The position numbers and the translations under genes are program-made. A DNA stretch of 52,108 nt from the NCBI GenBank assembly GCA_000320545.1, contig ADNK01001988.1:1-52108 (forward strand), written 5' to 3'. Position 1 is the stretch's first letter, and the number at the start of each line of letters is the position of its first letter. Below the pieces are notes generated by a model. It saw only the letters and a list, made by a program, of their open reading frames with translations, had not been told where the DNA came from and ran no database searches. Shown here one piece after another: positions 1-32,167 of this stretch. Source of the stretch: Bigelowiella natans CCMP2755. Its lineage: Eukaryota > Protista > Cercozoa.

Positions 1-17
1 CGCCTGTATCCTCACAC

Positions 18-269
18 ATGGCTATAGGGTAAGGTGTTAATTGCCCCTCGGCTTTTTATGGTTTGCCCTTCTGGGTACAAACCCTCGTCTAACCACGCAA
101 TGGGACCCCGGTGCCCAAGAAACTTCAGAAAAAAAAATTTTTGAATTGTGGGCAGGGAATAAAATCCCCCCCCCCCCCCCCCCCCCTCTCTATTCCCGAG
201 CAGCCCATCTCCGGGTCGAAAGAAGACCAGAGCAAGGGAGTTTGGATCTGTCAGGGAGGCGCCGGTATA

Positions 270-308
<39 letters not shown>

Positions 309-488
309 ATGTTGCGATCTAACCCATTGCCATATGATAGCGCGAAATGATACTGTACCTGTCTGGGGAGGACCTGCGGCCAATGTCTAGCTGGCGCAAG
401 ACGATTGATGCGTATGTGGAGATCATCGACGAGAAACACCGCGAAATCGCAAGGACATCGGTCATTGCTGCTTTGTTCGTGTGGCTGC

Positions 489-522
<34 letters not shown>

Positions 523-2847
523 GCTTGGAACTATCATCCATACTGATACTGATAATAAACCAGAAATTAAAGAATAACAATAATAATAATAATAATAATA
601 TGATGATAACACAGACAAAGCAGCAAGAAATTATAGCATCATCAGCACCATCATCACTATCATCAACCTTTCCATAGAATTAAAGAGATGACAATAACAA
701 TACCCGCGTTGCTCCAGGTAAAAAAGGGCTCGTTGTGCCCTCGTTGGCTTCCATTGAGAATCGTCGCAGCTCCTGGAGAAAGGTGTGGTTGATAGACGAT
801 GACGATATAGGATGGTGATGATGATCAAACGCGTCTTGTTAGCAATGGACTTTTAACAGTGTCGTGTTGATGCTGCTGCTGCAGCTTTTCCTCTCTTCTG
901 TACAGCGACTCACTACGAAAGGAAATCATCCCAAACATCGACAAATGTATGGAAATATATACATGCATATCAGGCTGGAGCTTCGTGTGCTTCATATGGG
1001 CGTGGTCTCTGCCTACCCGTTAGGAGTAACGTACATCAGGATCCCTCCAATAGGTAGGCGGTGTGCTGAATCAATAATAACAGTCTGAAGAGGGGAGACG
1101 GAGAGACGGAGAGAGGCGAGAGCTACAATATTTTATAATACCCTCCTTCCTTATATGCAATCGTTATACCACGTAATGATATTTCTCACCTCCACCCCTC
1201 CCCCTCCTCTTCCCTCTTCATATAGTGCGACTCCCTTGTAACTTCAAGCGTGATCTTTACGCTGAAGGTGTGTTGCTGCATGTATCTTTGCTTCTGCTCT
1301 CCGTGTCATACGAAGCACACACGGAGACCGGTATTGCTTTCATCGTCTTGAAGAAGATGATGCCTCTGTGCCCGCCGTTTCATCGTTCCACACGCGCTCA
1401 TTCATTCACTCACTACTCATCATCATCATCATCATCATCATCATCAATAGGACGGAAAGTAATGTATGGCGAGTCGATCTGTCGACTGGATATCCACCTT
1501 CACCCGGCTGCGGCAAGGGCAACATCAATGACCACGAGGAGGAGGAGGAGGAGGAAGAAAACGGCGAACATAAATCATGATGACTCTGCTGCTGGTGGTG
1601 TGGCAGGGGAGGGGGGCCAGCCTTCGTCCTCATCTTCTTCGTTTTCGCATCGTAAGGACGGTGCAGAAGCAGCTCACGTTTCTTCAAGGTTGTTGTGAAT
1701 GATAGTGTGAGGAATAGTGATGAGGATGACGATATTGGTTGATGGTGAAAAATAAATCTTACATTGCATGCTTCAAGTAGTTGTCCTTCTTCTCCTTCCT
1801 CCTCCTCGTCCTCCTCCTCCTCTCGTCTCACCTCTCCTTTTCGTCTTGTATTAGTAGTGGGATTAGTAATAATGGTAGTGGGTCTGCTGGTTAGTTACAA
1901 GCTTTCTCCGATTTTCTTCTTCTTCTTCTTCTTCTTCTTCTTCTTTGTTTTCCTTGATTTTCCCCAACATCTATCCATCCATCCATCCATTTCCACCCAC
2001 CCATTCCATGGCGTTTCTTGGTTATTATTGTGCATGTTGGCGGACCAAACGCTTGCGTTTCTGACGTCTTTTTAATATTGTATAATATTTTATATAATGC
2101 TGCTATTGCGCGGGCATCATCGTCCAGTGCCATTCCTCACAGAGATAGCACTAGCAGCCGCGGCACTAGCAGCAGCATTAGCGATTGGCTATGGATTGTC
2201 GATCCCAACGCCAATGCAGAGCAGAGGGGTGAAAGTGGTGGTGTTTGCTCGGTGCCACCACCCCCACCACGTACTCTTCGCTGCTCAGCTGCTGCTTCTG
2301 CTGCTGTAGAGGGGGGGGGAGGAGGAGAAGAGGAAGATGTTACTGTTCATTCGACATTTCCTCTCCCTTCCCCAACGGCTCCACCCCCCCCCAAACCATC
2401 TTCTTCTCTTCCAGCCACTACTATCTACAGTCTACTATATACAACGTCGTTGTATTGATAATAATAATGATAATATTAATAAGAGTAGCAATAGCATGAC
2501 GAATCCCCCAGGGATTTCGGTGCTACTCAAAAAGTGGGGAGGGGTATGGGGGGGGGGGGGGGGGGGGGGGGCAGTAGAGTTATGTCGGGGGAAATGAGTG
2601 TATTACTATCGTTACGATGGTAGAGAATGAAGTAGAAAGCGCCGTTGCAAATATCCATGCACATCTCATATCAGGACAAGGGCAAAGCTGAGAGAAATAG
2701 GCGGCTATGGCGATGGTGATAATGATAGCAAGAATGATGCACACGCTGCGGATGATGAAGACGACAGAGAGGAGGAGGATGAAGAGAAGAACGGCCACAC
2801 GTCGGCTAAAGTCGCAGCGATCTACCGGCTTCAGTACGGGTAGGCCG

Positions 2848-2888
<41 letters not shown>

Positions 2889-3314
2889 TCATATTCGGAT
2901 CCTAGGGGGAGGGCTAGAGGGGGGAAAGGGCAGGTTGACATGTTTTCAGCGTGGAGACGCGTTCGTTCCAAAGCACATATATCTAATAGTAATATACGCA
3001 AAACAACCATGCAGATCGATGGGATACAAACATACGTCTAAAGGCCGCAAAATGCGATGGTGAGATGGACAAATAGCACTGGATAATAATATTCAAACGA
3101 AGAGGAATATGCGGAGATACTTCTCCTGCAATCTTAGCCCAATATCCATCAAAATTTACTGGCGGTTATTTATTTGTACGTGTGTGTGTTTGGGTGTGTC
3201 ATGGTAGGATCAAGCTATCCAAGGATATGCAGGTTATTGAATGGTGGGCCCCCGACAGGTCTCTATCATCACAACGAGAGGAATGGGAAATCAAAGAACA
3301 TCCGCACATAAGAT

Positions 3315-3348
<34 letters not shown>

Positions 3349-3866
3349 CGCATTGTATGCATCTTTGTGGTGGTAGTAGCGGGTATGCATCGGTAATGTG
3401 TTTCCATTTTGTTTGATTCATATCTGCAGGTCAAAGAAGCGTGGTGGGATATGCGTCACTGATATCGTGGCAGTAGCACCCGGATGGCAGACAAGGTATG
3501 AGGAGAGAGAGAACATTGCCGGAGACGGTCATGGGAGGAAGCATTATGTATGGCTGCCCTGTCCTTCCTTCGTTTGTCTGCGATATCAAAGAGTACCAAA
3601 GCACTTCAGAACAACCTTGCAAACACGTGATTGCCTTTCTGCAACTGCTGCTGCTGCTGCTGCTCTTCTGCTGCTCTTCTGCTTGCTTTGCTGTCATCAG
3701 CGTGTTCCAGAAAGCATCGGCCACGATGACGCCAGGGATGGAGAGCAAGTGCTTCTCCATTGTCTGCGGGAGCAAGACGCTCGACCTCGAAATGAACGCC
3801 GTCGGTGTGCGAAAGCAGTGGGTGGTGGATGTCGGGTTGCTCACCGGGAAAAGGACGCTTACGTAG
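18..3866 (+). CDS. Multi-exon protein with N-terminal C2 domain and C-terminal PLC-delta/PRAF-type PH domain (true start may lie upstream of the window)
   Basis: Phase-consistent GT-AG splicing gives REMILYLSGEDLRPMSSWRKTIDAYVEIIDEKHREIARTS|VKKGSLCPRWLPLRI..R|LELRVLHMGVVSAYPLGVTYI (C2 pattern) and KIYWR|IKLSKDMQVIEWWAPDR|SKKRGGICVTDIVAVAPGWQTS|VFQK..KCFSIVCGSKTLDLEMNAVGVRKQWV (PH, FSI..KTLDL..W motif). Stop TAG at 3864-3866. Confidence 0.8.
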
Positions 3867-4564
3867 CTGCTACACTTCTCGTGCTACTTAGTGAAGGAGG
3901 AGGAGTAGCTTCTTCAGGATATATATGTTCATAGCAGCAAGTTTTGCCTTTGGTGGCTACATAATGCAGCAACATTGCTAATCAACTTGAGGACTGCAAC
4001 GTGTAGTGGCGTTTATTAAGGAGGATGATGGAAAGGCGGAAAGCGGGTATTCTGCTCGATCTTGCTGGGTGTGCTGATTCTTTCACACATTCTTTCTGTC
4101 TTTCGTCTCCTCTTTCGTAACAATATCGCTGGGAATGATGATGCATAGATGCGTTCGACAACAGTGTGCAGTCTTAAAGAGTCTAATCCAGCTAATTGGT
4201 ATTACCTCAACCCTGCATGAAAGATAGGAAGTAGATAGTAAGTGCGAAATTAGGTTCTTAATTTTTCAATTTCTCGGTCATTTCGGTATCAGTGCAACAC
4301 CACATGTTGTTGTGGCGCCGATAGTGCGTACACATCTCATCATAACTAGGAAGGCATTATTGGTAGTATGAACATCTTTCAACTTGGGCGTGCAAGCACG
4401 TTAGCACGCTAATGGCATCAGGCATCTCTAAATCTGCTGAATTGACATGTCATGCTAGCACATGTGCAATGCAACACAGCTAGACAGTGCGTGAGCCAGC
4501 TTGTTAGCCTTCCACGTTTCCATGAAATGGAGAACGGTAGCCGGTAGCCTTGTGTGCAGCTTTC

Positions 4565-5511
4565 TCAGCGTTCCAGCGGTCTGGCGTTCTGGCGTTGCCA
4601 GTGTTGGAATCTCGCACCCTGCTCAAACGTGTTCTGATGGCCATGTAGGCACCAATTTCCAATGGCTCCACAAGTCCACAAGTGCACTATCTGACACTCT
4701 CCTTCTAGCCTTCCCCGTTTTCGCACAAACGTGGAAGTATCCAGACCTGGACACGGACAGGTGCTTTGATGGACCGTGCTAGCTGGCTAGCGTGTGGCAT
4801 GCGTGGCTTCGGCCAGTCCCACTAGCTAGCTAGCAGCTAGCCTAGAGGCGGGTGCACCACGACGAAGACGCTGAAGTGAACAATTGGCTCAGCTTTGGAC
4901 TCACATTTGAATCAGATCGCAAACACAGAGCACCATCTGACACTCTCCTTCTAGCCTTCCCCGTTTTCGCACAAACGTGGAAGTGTCCAGACCTGGACAC
5001 GAACGGTGCTTTGATTTGTCCGTGCTAGCTGGCTAGCGTGTGGCATGCGTGGCTTCGGCCAGTCCCACTAGCTAGCTAGCCTAGAGGCGGGTGCACCACG
5101 ACGAAGACGCTGAAGTGAACAATTGGCTTAGCTTTGGGCTCACATTTGAATCAGATCGCAAACACAGACCGAGGAGCATCAACACAGCGCTGGAGCGCCT
5201 GATTTTCGCAGACGTGCATGCCAGCATGGTTCTGCGTCGGATTTCCTCTAGCCCCTAGCTAGCTCAGCCCTCCTAGCCTCTTCGACGCTCCATCGTGAGG
5301 TTAACTACAAACCATTTCGGAAACGACCTCCACAGATGCTTCCACGTTTGTGCGAAAACGGGGAAGGCTAGAAGGAGAGTGTCAGATAGTGCACTTGTGG
5401 ACTTGTGGAGCCATTGGAAATTGGTGCCTACATGGCCATCAGAACACGTTTGAGCAGGGTGCGAGATTCCAACACTGGCAACGCCAGAACGCCAGAACGC
5501 TGGAACGCTGA
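4565..5511. repeat. Fold-back structure with ~177-bp inverted repeats (4565-4741 vs 5335-5511); possible MITE-like relic
   Basis: 5335-5511 is the reverse complement of 4565-4741 with 2 mismatches by eye. No target-site duplication or transposase seen. Confidence 0.85.
4684..5168. repeat. Tandem direct duplication, period 246 bp (4684-4929 and 4930-5168)
   Basis: gcacYatctgacactctccttctagcc...atcagatcgcaaacacaga occurs twice with a few substitutions and small indels. It overlaps the left arm of the inverted repeat. Confidence 0.92.
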
Positions 5512-6140
5512 AGGTCGCACCCTTCTCCGAAACACAAGATGTGCATGTGTGCGTCTGTGCTCGTTGAATGGGTAGGTCACCATGACCTGCTGCGACTGCT
5601 GCGACGAAGAAAAAGGCCACAATGCACACTCCGGAAAGTGCTCGGGAACAATGAACAATGAACAATGAATAATGATGATGAACTACATTCGGGAGGTCGA
5701 ACTCTTTGAAGTTCAAATCCGCGGAGTGAACAAATTTTGCAAACGCATTTGGAATTAGAGCTGCGACAGGCTCGGAACACGAATTAGTTTGAGTATCGCA
5801 GTGCGTCTGGAAATCGCTGATGCATGTAACCGCAAACTACGAAGCAAAAGCGAACGGCGAACTTCGAGAGGCAGATATAAGTCGCCACCATTTCGCAAGC
5901 GCATGTTATCTATTTTTGAGAGGGAATGTCCAGAATTCCATGATTGCGACAACGTTTTTTAGACATATTTTACGGTGTAACGCAAGCCATCCCCGCCCGA
6001 ACAGTGCCGAGCAAACAAGCAGCAGACACAATAATGATGGGAGGAGCGGTGGGCTCCTAGGGGGGATGTCCTGAATCCCGCAATAAAGTCTCTTCGAGAC
6101 CACTTATATCGAATTGCTTTTGTGATCTAAGTCGATTTTG

Positions 6141-27340
<21,200 letters not shown>

Positions 27341-27999
27341 ATCAACTAATAATACAAATGACATCACTAATGACATTGATGTTTGCGATGTACAATCTTA
27401 ATCAGTAAAGCATGCAATTGTCCCAACGACAGCCAGCTAGCTAGCTAGTCTAGCTAGCTAGTAGTGTGGTAGCAGTCTAGCAGTGCATGTAAACATTCAA
27501 TTGCAATGTGTGATTATGAATATGGAAACAGCTGCCTGTTGTACGCATGCAACTGCGACACAGCGCCGACATGCGTACTGCAGCAGCTGATCTCATGTAA
27601 TCGAGATCAGGCTCATACAGCACATGTAGCATGCTCAAGATAGCTAGCAGAAACTATTGCGCTAAACCATTGCCACTTGTACACGCTCGCAAGGTTAGAA
27701 GGCCCGATGCTGAAGGTGTCGAAACATGAAAATGTTTGTTTTGGCGGTATAAAATGAAATTGCAAATGCAATTAAATAAAGCATATCACATTATCAACGG
27801 TTATTGCAAAATTGTTGGCCATGATCAATGTAAATATGGTGTTTTATTTTACTACAGACAAAGTACATATGTATATACTGTATCTTGTTCTAATATATGA
27901 CGTTTAGCAGGCAGCTCTGGGGTTTCAACTCGTTAATGTCTCGCTGTTATTAACTGCTGTTTGAAACAATCCTATGCAAGTATAGTTGATGAAGAATGA

Positions 28000-28147
28000 T
28001 CATTTACTTTGAGCTCCCTACATAACAAGTATGGCCCATTACCAGACATCAGTGGATCATTAGCTGCGCATGTGCGGAATTCAGTTTTTAAAACTATGTT
28101 GGCGATTAGTTTTGTGCCGCGTGCCGGTATTGCTTTATAAATGTTAC

Positions 28148-28191
<44 letters not shown>

Positions 28192-28727
28192 ACCTCTAGA
28201 TCACGCCTCATTTGTGCTGATGTTCGCCACTTGCCATAGATTATGAAAGGGGGTTGAGGGGGAAGTGTTTTAATCAGCGGAGCCATCAAGCAGCAAATGA
28301 AGCAATAATAGTACTACTACAGGGGTGTGTTATCGTCCTCAATATCTTTATAATCACCATCATCCCCACTCTTGCAATCAGACATATTTTGTCATAAATG
28401 ACTCACAGGGGGAAGGTGGAAAGGGGAGGGGACGAAGGAAGAGGAGTGCTTTCCATTTTAATATCTATGTTTACTTATCCCACTACCTCATAACCCGTAT
28501 ATTGCCTCTCGGAGTAAAGCTGTAAAGTATAAGCACATTGGAAGTTAGCAGAAATGACTTCTCCCCCTCTCTCTATGCCCTTTACTACCTCATAAACGTC
28601 CTCTTTTGGCTTCCTCTTCTGTGTACCCTTCCCGTCATCACGCTTCATTTGTTCAATTGTGCGCCATTCGTACTGCGTGTACTGGTGGTACATCTGTCAA
28701 GGATAATGATGTGGAGAAATGCACACA

Positions 28728-28758
<31 letters not shown>

Positions 28759-29530
28759 GCACAGAGAGAGAGAGAGAGAGAGTGAGAGAGAGATTAGTCG
28801 GGAGTAAATAACGAAATTATTATTGTTTTCTATGAATGATATTTGCCGTCGTTCTCGCTCGATATTTTTAGATTTTGTGATATTTAAAGAGAAGATGAGA
28901 AATCAGAGATTTTGACAGCGTATTTTCCCTCCTCTTCTCTCCGATTGCGATGCGTTTATGTGTTTGATATGGCTTGTTACATCTAGAATGTCCTCTTTCT
29001 CTCCCCTTTTCTTCTCTGCTATCCCCGAGATCTTGCTCTGTTTTGCCTACCGCAAATAGCAGCATCAAGATCGTGAGACACGAGTAATAACAAAAGCATA
29101 TCACACCATTCGTTTGCATACATACCACTTGTCATATGATGTGTGCTTATTTTGATGATGTCAATTACTAACAATAATGACCATGTAATTAGTTTCCCTC
29201 TCTCTTCTCGCTTCTACTTCTCCTCTTACAACCTTTTCTTCGTCGCGCTTAATCTGTGCAGAGGTGCGCCACTGTGAGTTATTCAATTGCAGGCCATCAA
29301 CGAGGACAGTTTTCGATCGTGAGAGCGTGCGTAAATGCTCACGTTCATGTAGGTAATATAGGAGTTAATAGCATAACAAAAGAAGTGTGCGTTTTAATGG
29401 GATCCTACTACCTCATACTGCGTGTATGTCGATATGAATACAGCTGCAGTTAGATCAGAATACACTCAATTAAAGGGTAAAACAGCTTGAGAGTAAGAGG
29501 AGGAGACGAAACGCGCGCGCGCGCGCACAT

Positions 29531-29568
<38 letters not shown>

Positions 29569-30371
29569 CGTGCATAGCAGATTGCCCCTGTCATCGATGC
29601 TGCCAGTGCTCCTTACCACCCTCTGAATAGCATTGCTAATTATTATAGGGTAGTAACACCAGGAATACATCTTCCTTCGATCGCATAGCTCTCCTCTTTG
29701 CCTAGTTATATTCATAAATAATTAGCCTCCATTATGTTTTTGAAGCTATTGGGAAATCGAGTAGCGAAAACGAATTAGGCACAATCTGCACATAATTCTC
29801 CACTGAGACAAAGACGCTGAAGTCGTATCTATAGACCCATCTCTCGCAATGACGCATGTTGATAAGACTCACCTCCTCATCCCGTTTCATCTGGGCAGAC
29901 GTTCGCCACTAGGAGGCGGCGATGATCGGTGGTAGGCACATGTGTTTAGCAAGGTCCAATCAGACAGTCAACGCGTTCTCACACGATCGCATTTGGTGTA
30001 GCGCAACTGTTAAGTTGTGGAATCTACGACAGAATTGAGAAGAATGGAACTAACAGAGCTGTTCTCAAGCTACCACGCATGTGCTACCTCATACTGTGTG
30101 TACTGCCGATAGGTATACAGCTGAATAGAAAGCAGTAATGATATGAGAGAGAGCCGCCACATATGCATTTTTACCGCAAGGAAAGTTAAAGATATGTCAG
30201 TGACTGCACCGAAGGTGTATCGCTCGCAATGACTTCAATGGGAAGAAGATTCAGGCATAAATCAAGGAGAGGGGCCGGAGAGATCAGTAGGAAGCATAAT
30301 CTACCACCACACGCACGTTCATAAGTTCATATGAACACGCACACACACACACACATACTAGTATATATAAA

Positions 30372-30410
<39 letters not shown>

Positions 30411-30449
30411 CTCCAAGACGTCAGTCTTTTCTACCTGATCAACTTTCAT
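28000..30449 (-). CDS. Unknown ~159-aa protein with four K(E/T)D(V/I)xxLYxxRQYTQYEWRTSAQMKRD repeats; 11 exons, all phase 0
   Basis: Exons 30449-30411, 30120-30088, 29908-29873, 29701-29660, 29443-29412 (32 nt, one base short), 29271-29233, 29046-28981, 28693-28589, 28519-28487, 28229-28194, 28017-28000. All junctions are GT-AG and repeats differ largely at synonymous positions. First and last exons are less certain. Confidence 0.8.
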
Positions 30450-30826
30450 TCCCTGAAAATTAAAGAATAAACGGTAACCCATGACTTCTAATCTCTCATT
30501 CGCCAACTAAGATATCCATAACGGTGATACTAGCCTTATTAATACTCACATCCCAGCTACAAGATCCCACATACCACACCACAACTCAACGCAAGAGTAC
30601 ACACATATCTCCGGGAAAGATATGCTTTAAATAAACACGTTTGGAAAAGATATATACTTTCAAAAGATGTATAGACACATGTGGGAAAAGCATGAATACG
30701 TGGGAAAAACCTTCTTGCTGCTCTGCGGAACTTTTTGATCTACAACATGCAAACTTTTCTTCTCATCTTGGGCTTTTTTGGCCTTCATCTGTGTGAATGC
30801 ACAATAGCAAAGATGCACCGTTTCTT

Positions 30827-31200
30827 TCAAATATTGTCCAAGATTCCAGCTGAGTTTTTAGCTCCTCTCCCCCTTATCCCACTTCTTGAATCACGTTCCT
30901 ATCACGTCTAAACTCTATTTTTCCATATCAATTCTCCCATTTTACCAACATACTACAACCAAACTGATAGAAAATTGCCCTCTATTACGGTCATCAGATC
31001 GAAGATTTTGCGCCTTGGATTTTTCTTACACTTCTGCTCTCTCTTCCTATCTGCAATGGCCTTCTTTTCCATCTCCTTCCAGAATCTCAGTTTGCTGAAT
31101 CCGGTTGACATCTTTCGTGGGGAACTCAATGCTGGTTCAATGTTCAATGTTCTCAACTGGTTGGGCAGGTTGGCGTGAATCTTGTGCCTTCTTTCTAGAT
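30827..31200 (-). pseudogene. Hypothetical small basic protein or decayed gene (5' end unclear)
   Basis: Open frame ERRHKIHANLPNQLRTL..RKIFDLMT|ERDSRSGIRGRGAKNSAGILDNI* with a phase-0 GT-AG intron. The 5' part runs into the TpA-depleted island. No recognisable domain. Confidence 0.3.
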
Positions 31201-32160
31201 GCGGTTGAACAATGAACAATGAACTGGTTGTTGGTTTCGATTTGCTAGACACGACATCCACGCGAGCCTGTCTCGAATGGATCAGATTTGCAGTCGTGGT
31301 TTTGGCAATGTGCACTACGTCAACCCTCCAAAAACAGGGGCTTTGCGGCATCTTTGACATCCGAATGAACACAATGCCACAAAACCCAATGGGAGGTCAG
31401 AAAATGGATGGAATGCCCTGCTTCACCTCGATCGCGACAAGAACGGTTGGTTTCTTGTGAAGTGGTGTCAATGCCCAAGAAGATGTCTCCCATGTGGTTC
31501 TTGCGCATGCAGTTTTGCATCAATGCTTCATTCATTGTTCATTGTTCATTGCTGCAACTGAAAACTCCAGACTGATGTGAGCTTTCCAGCTTTGGGGCAA
31601 GCTCACATCAAACAAAAATCAAATCAAATCAAATCAAGACCGAAGCAGTTTTTCCTTCCCAAACGACTTCACTTCAACGGACTAGCGGACTCATTGACGG
31701 CCAAACGGGTTCACCACAGAGGCCAAACACCTTTTCATCAACAACCTGCTTCGCTCAATTCTTCGGCTTCAGCCAGCTAACCAGCTGCTGCCACGCACAC
31801 GACACCCACAAACCCGCTGGCCACGTGACCGAACACATGCCAGTGTGGCACGTCTCTCTCATCTCTCTCCTGTCTTTGCTCACTCGCTAGCTCGCTGCTC
31901 TCTTTGACAAAACTGTGTTCACGTGAACAATGATCGTTGTGCACGTTTGCGATGACAGTGGTGTGCACACGTGTGGGTGTGACACTTGTGTGCACTGCTG
32001 GACTGGTGCAAGTGCGTGTGCGTGTGTGTTTGTGTGTGTGTGTGTGTGTGCTGCTCCTGGATCAAACGCTGAAACACATGCGCCGCAAAATGCACGACAC
32101 GAAAGCGCTTGCTATCAGCAAGCACTGCTTTGTGAACATCCCTTTCTCATCATTTCCAAA
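31051..32160. other. Strongly TpA-depleted island downstream of Nup58
   Basis: Hand count: 7 TpA in ~1110 bp, all preceded by C (4 CTAG). Roughly 70 expected at even base composition. Confidence 0.85.
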
Positions 32161-32167
32161 AGAAACA

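Larger units (their letters stand above)
4441..5760. other. TpA-depleted, CTAG-enriched intergenic island
   Basis: Hand count: ~37 TpA in 1320 bp, ~22 in CTAG and only ~3 outside CTA/TAG contexts. Confidence 0.8.

Noticed and set aside
12-830. Minus-strand ORFs (12-383, 251-580, 631-828)
   Set aside because: The plus strand gives a phase-consistent C2 domain; these are antisense shadows extended by microsatellites.
4501-5716. ORFs 4501-4782 (+) and 5273-5716 (-) sharing a peptide
   Set aside because: The shared peptide reflects the inverted repeat; no transposase or RT motif recognised.
28868-29715. ORFs 28868-29128 and 29470-29715 (-) as membrane-protein exons
   Set aside because: Other frames within them supply the KED(V/I) linker exons of the repeat protein, with correct splice sites.
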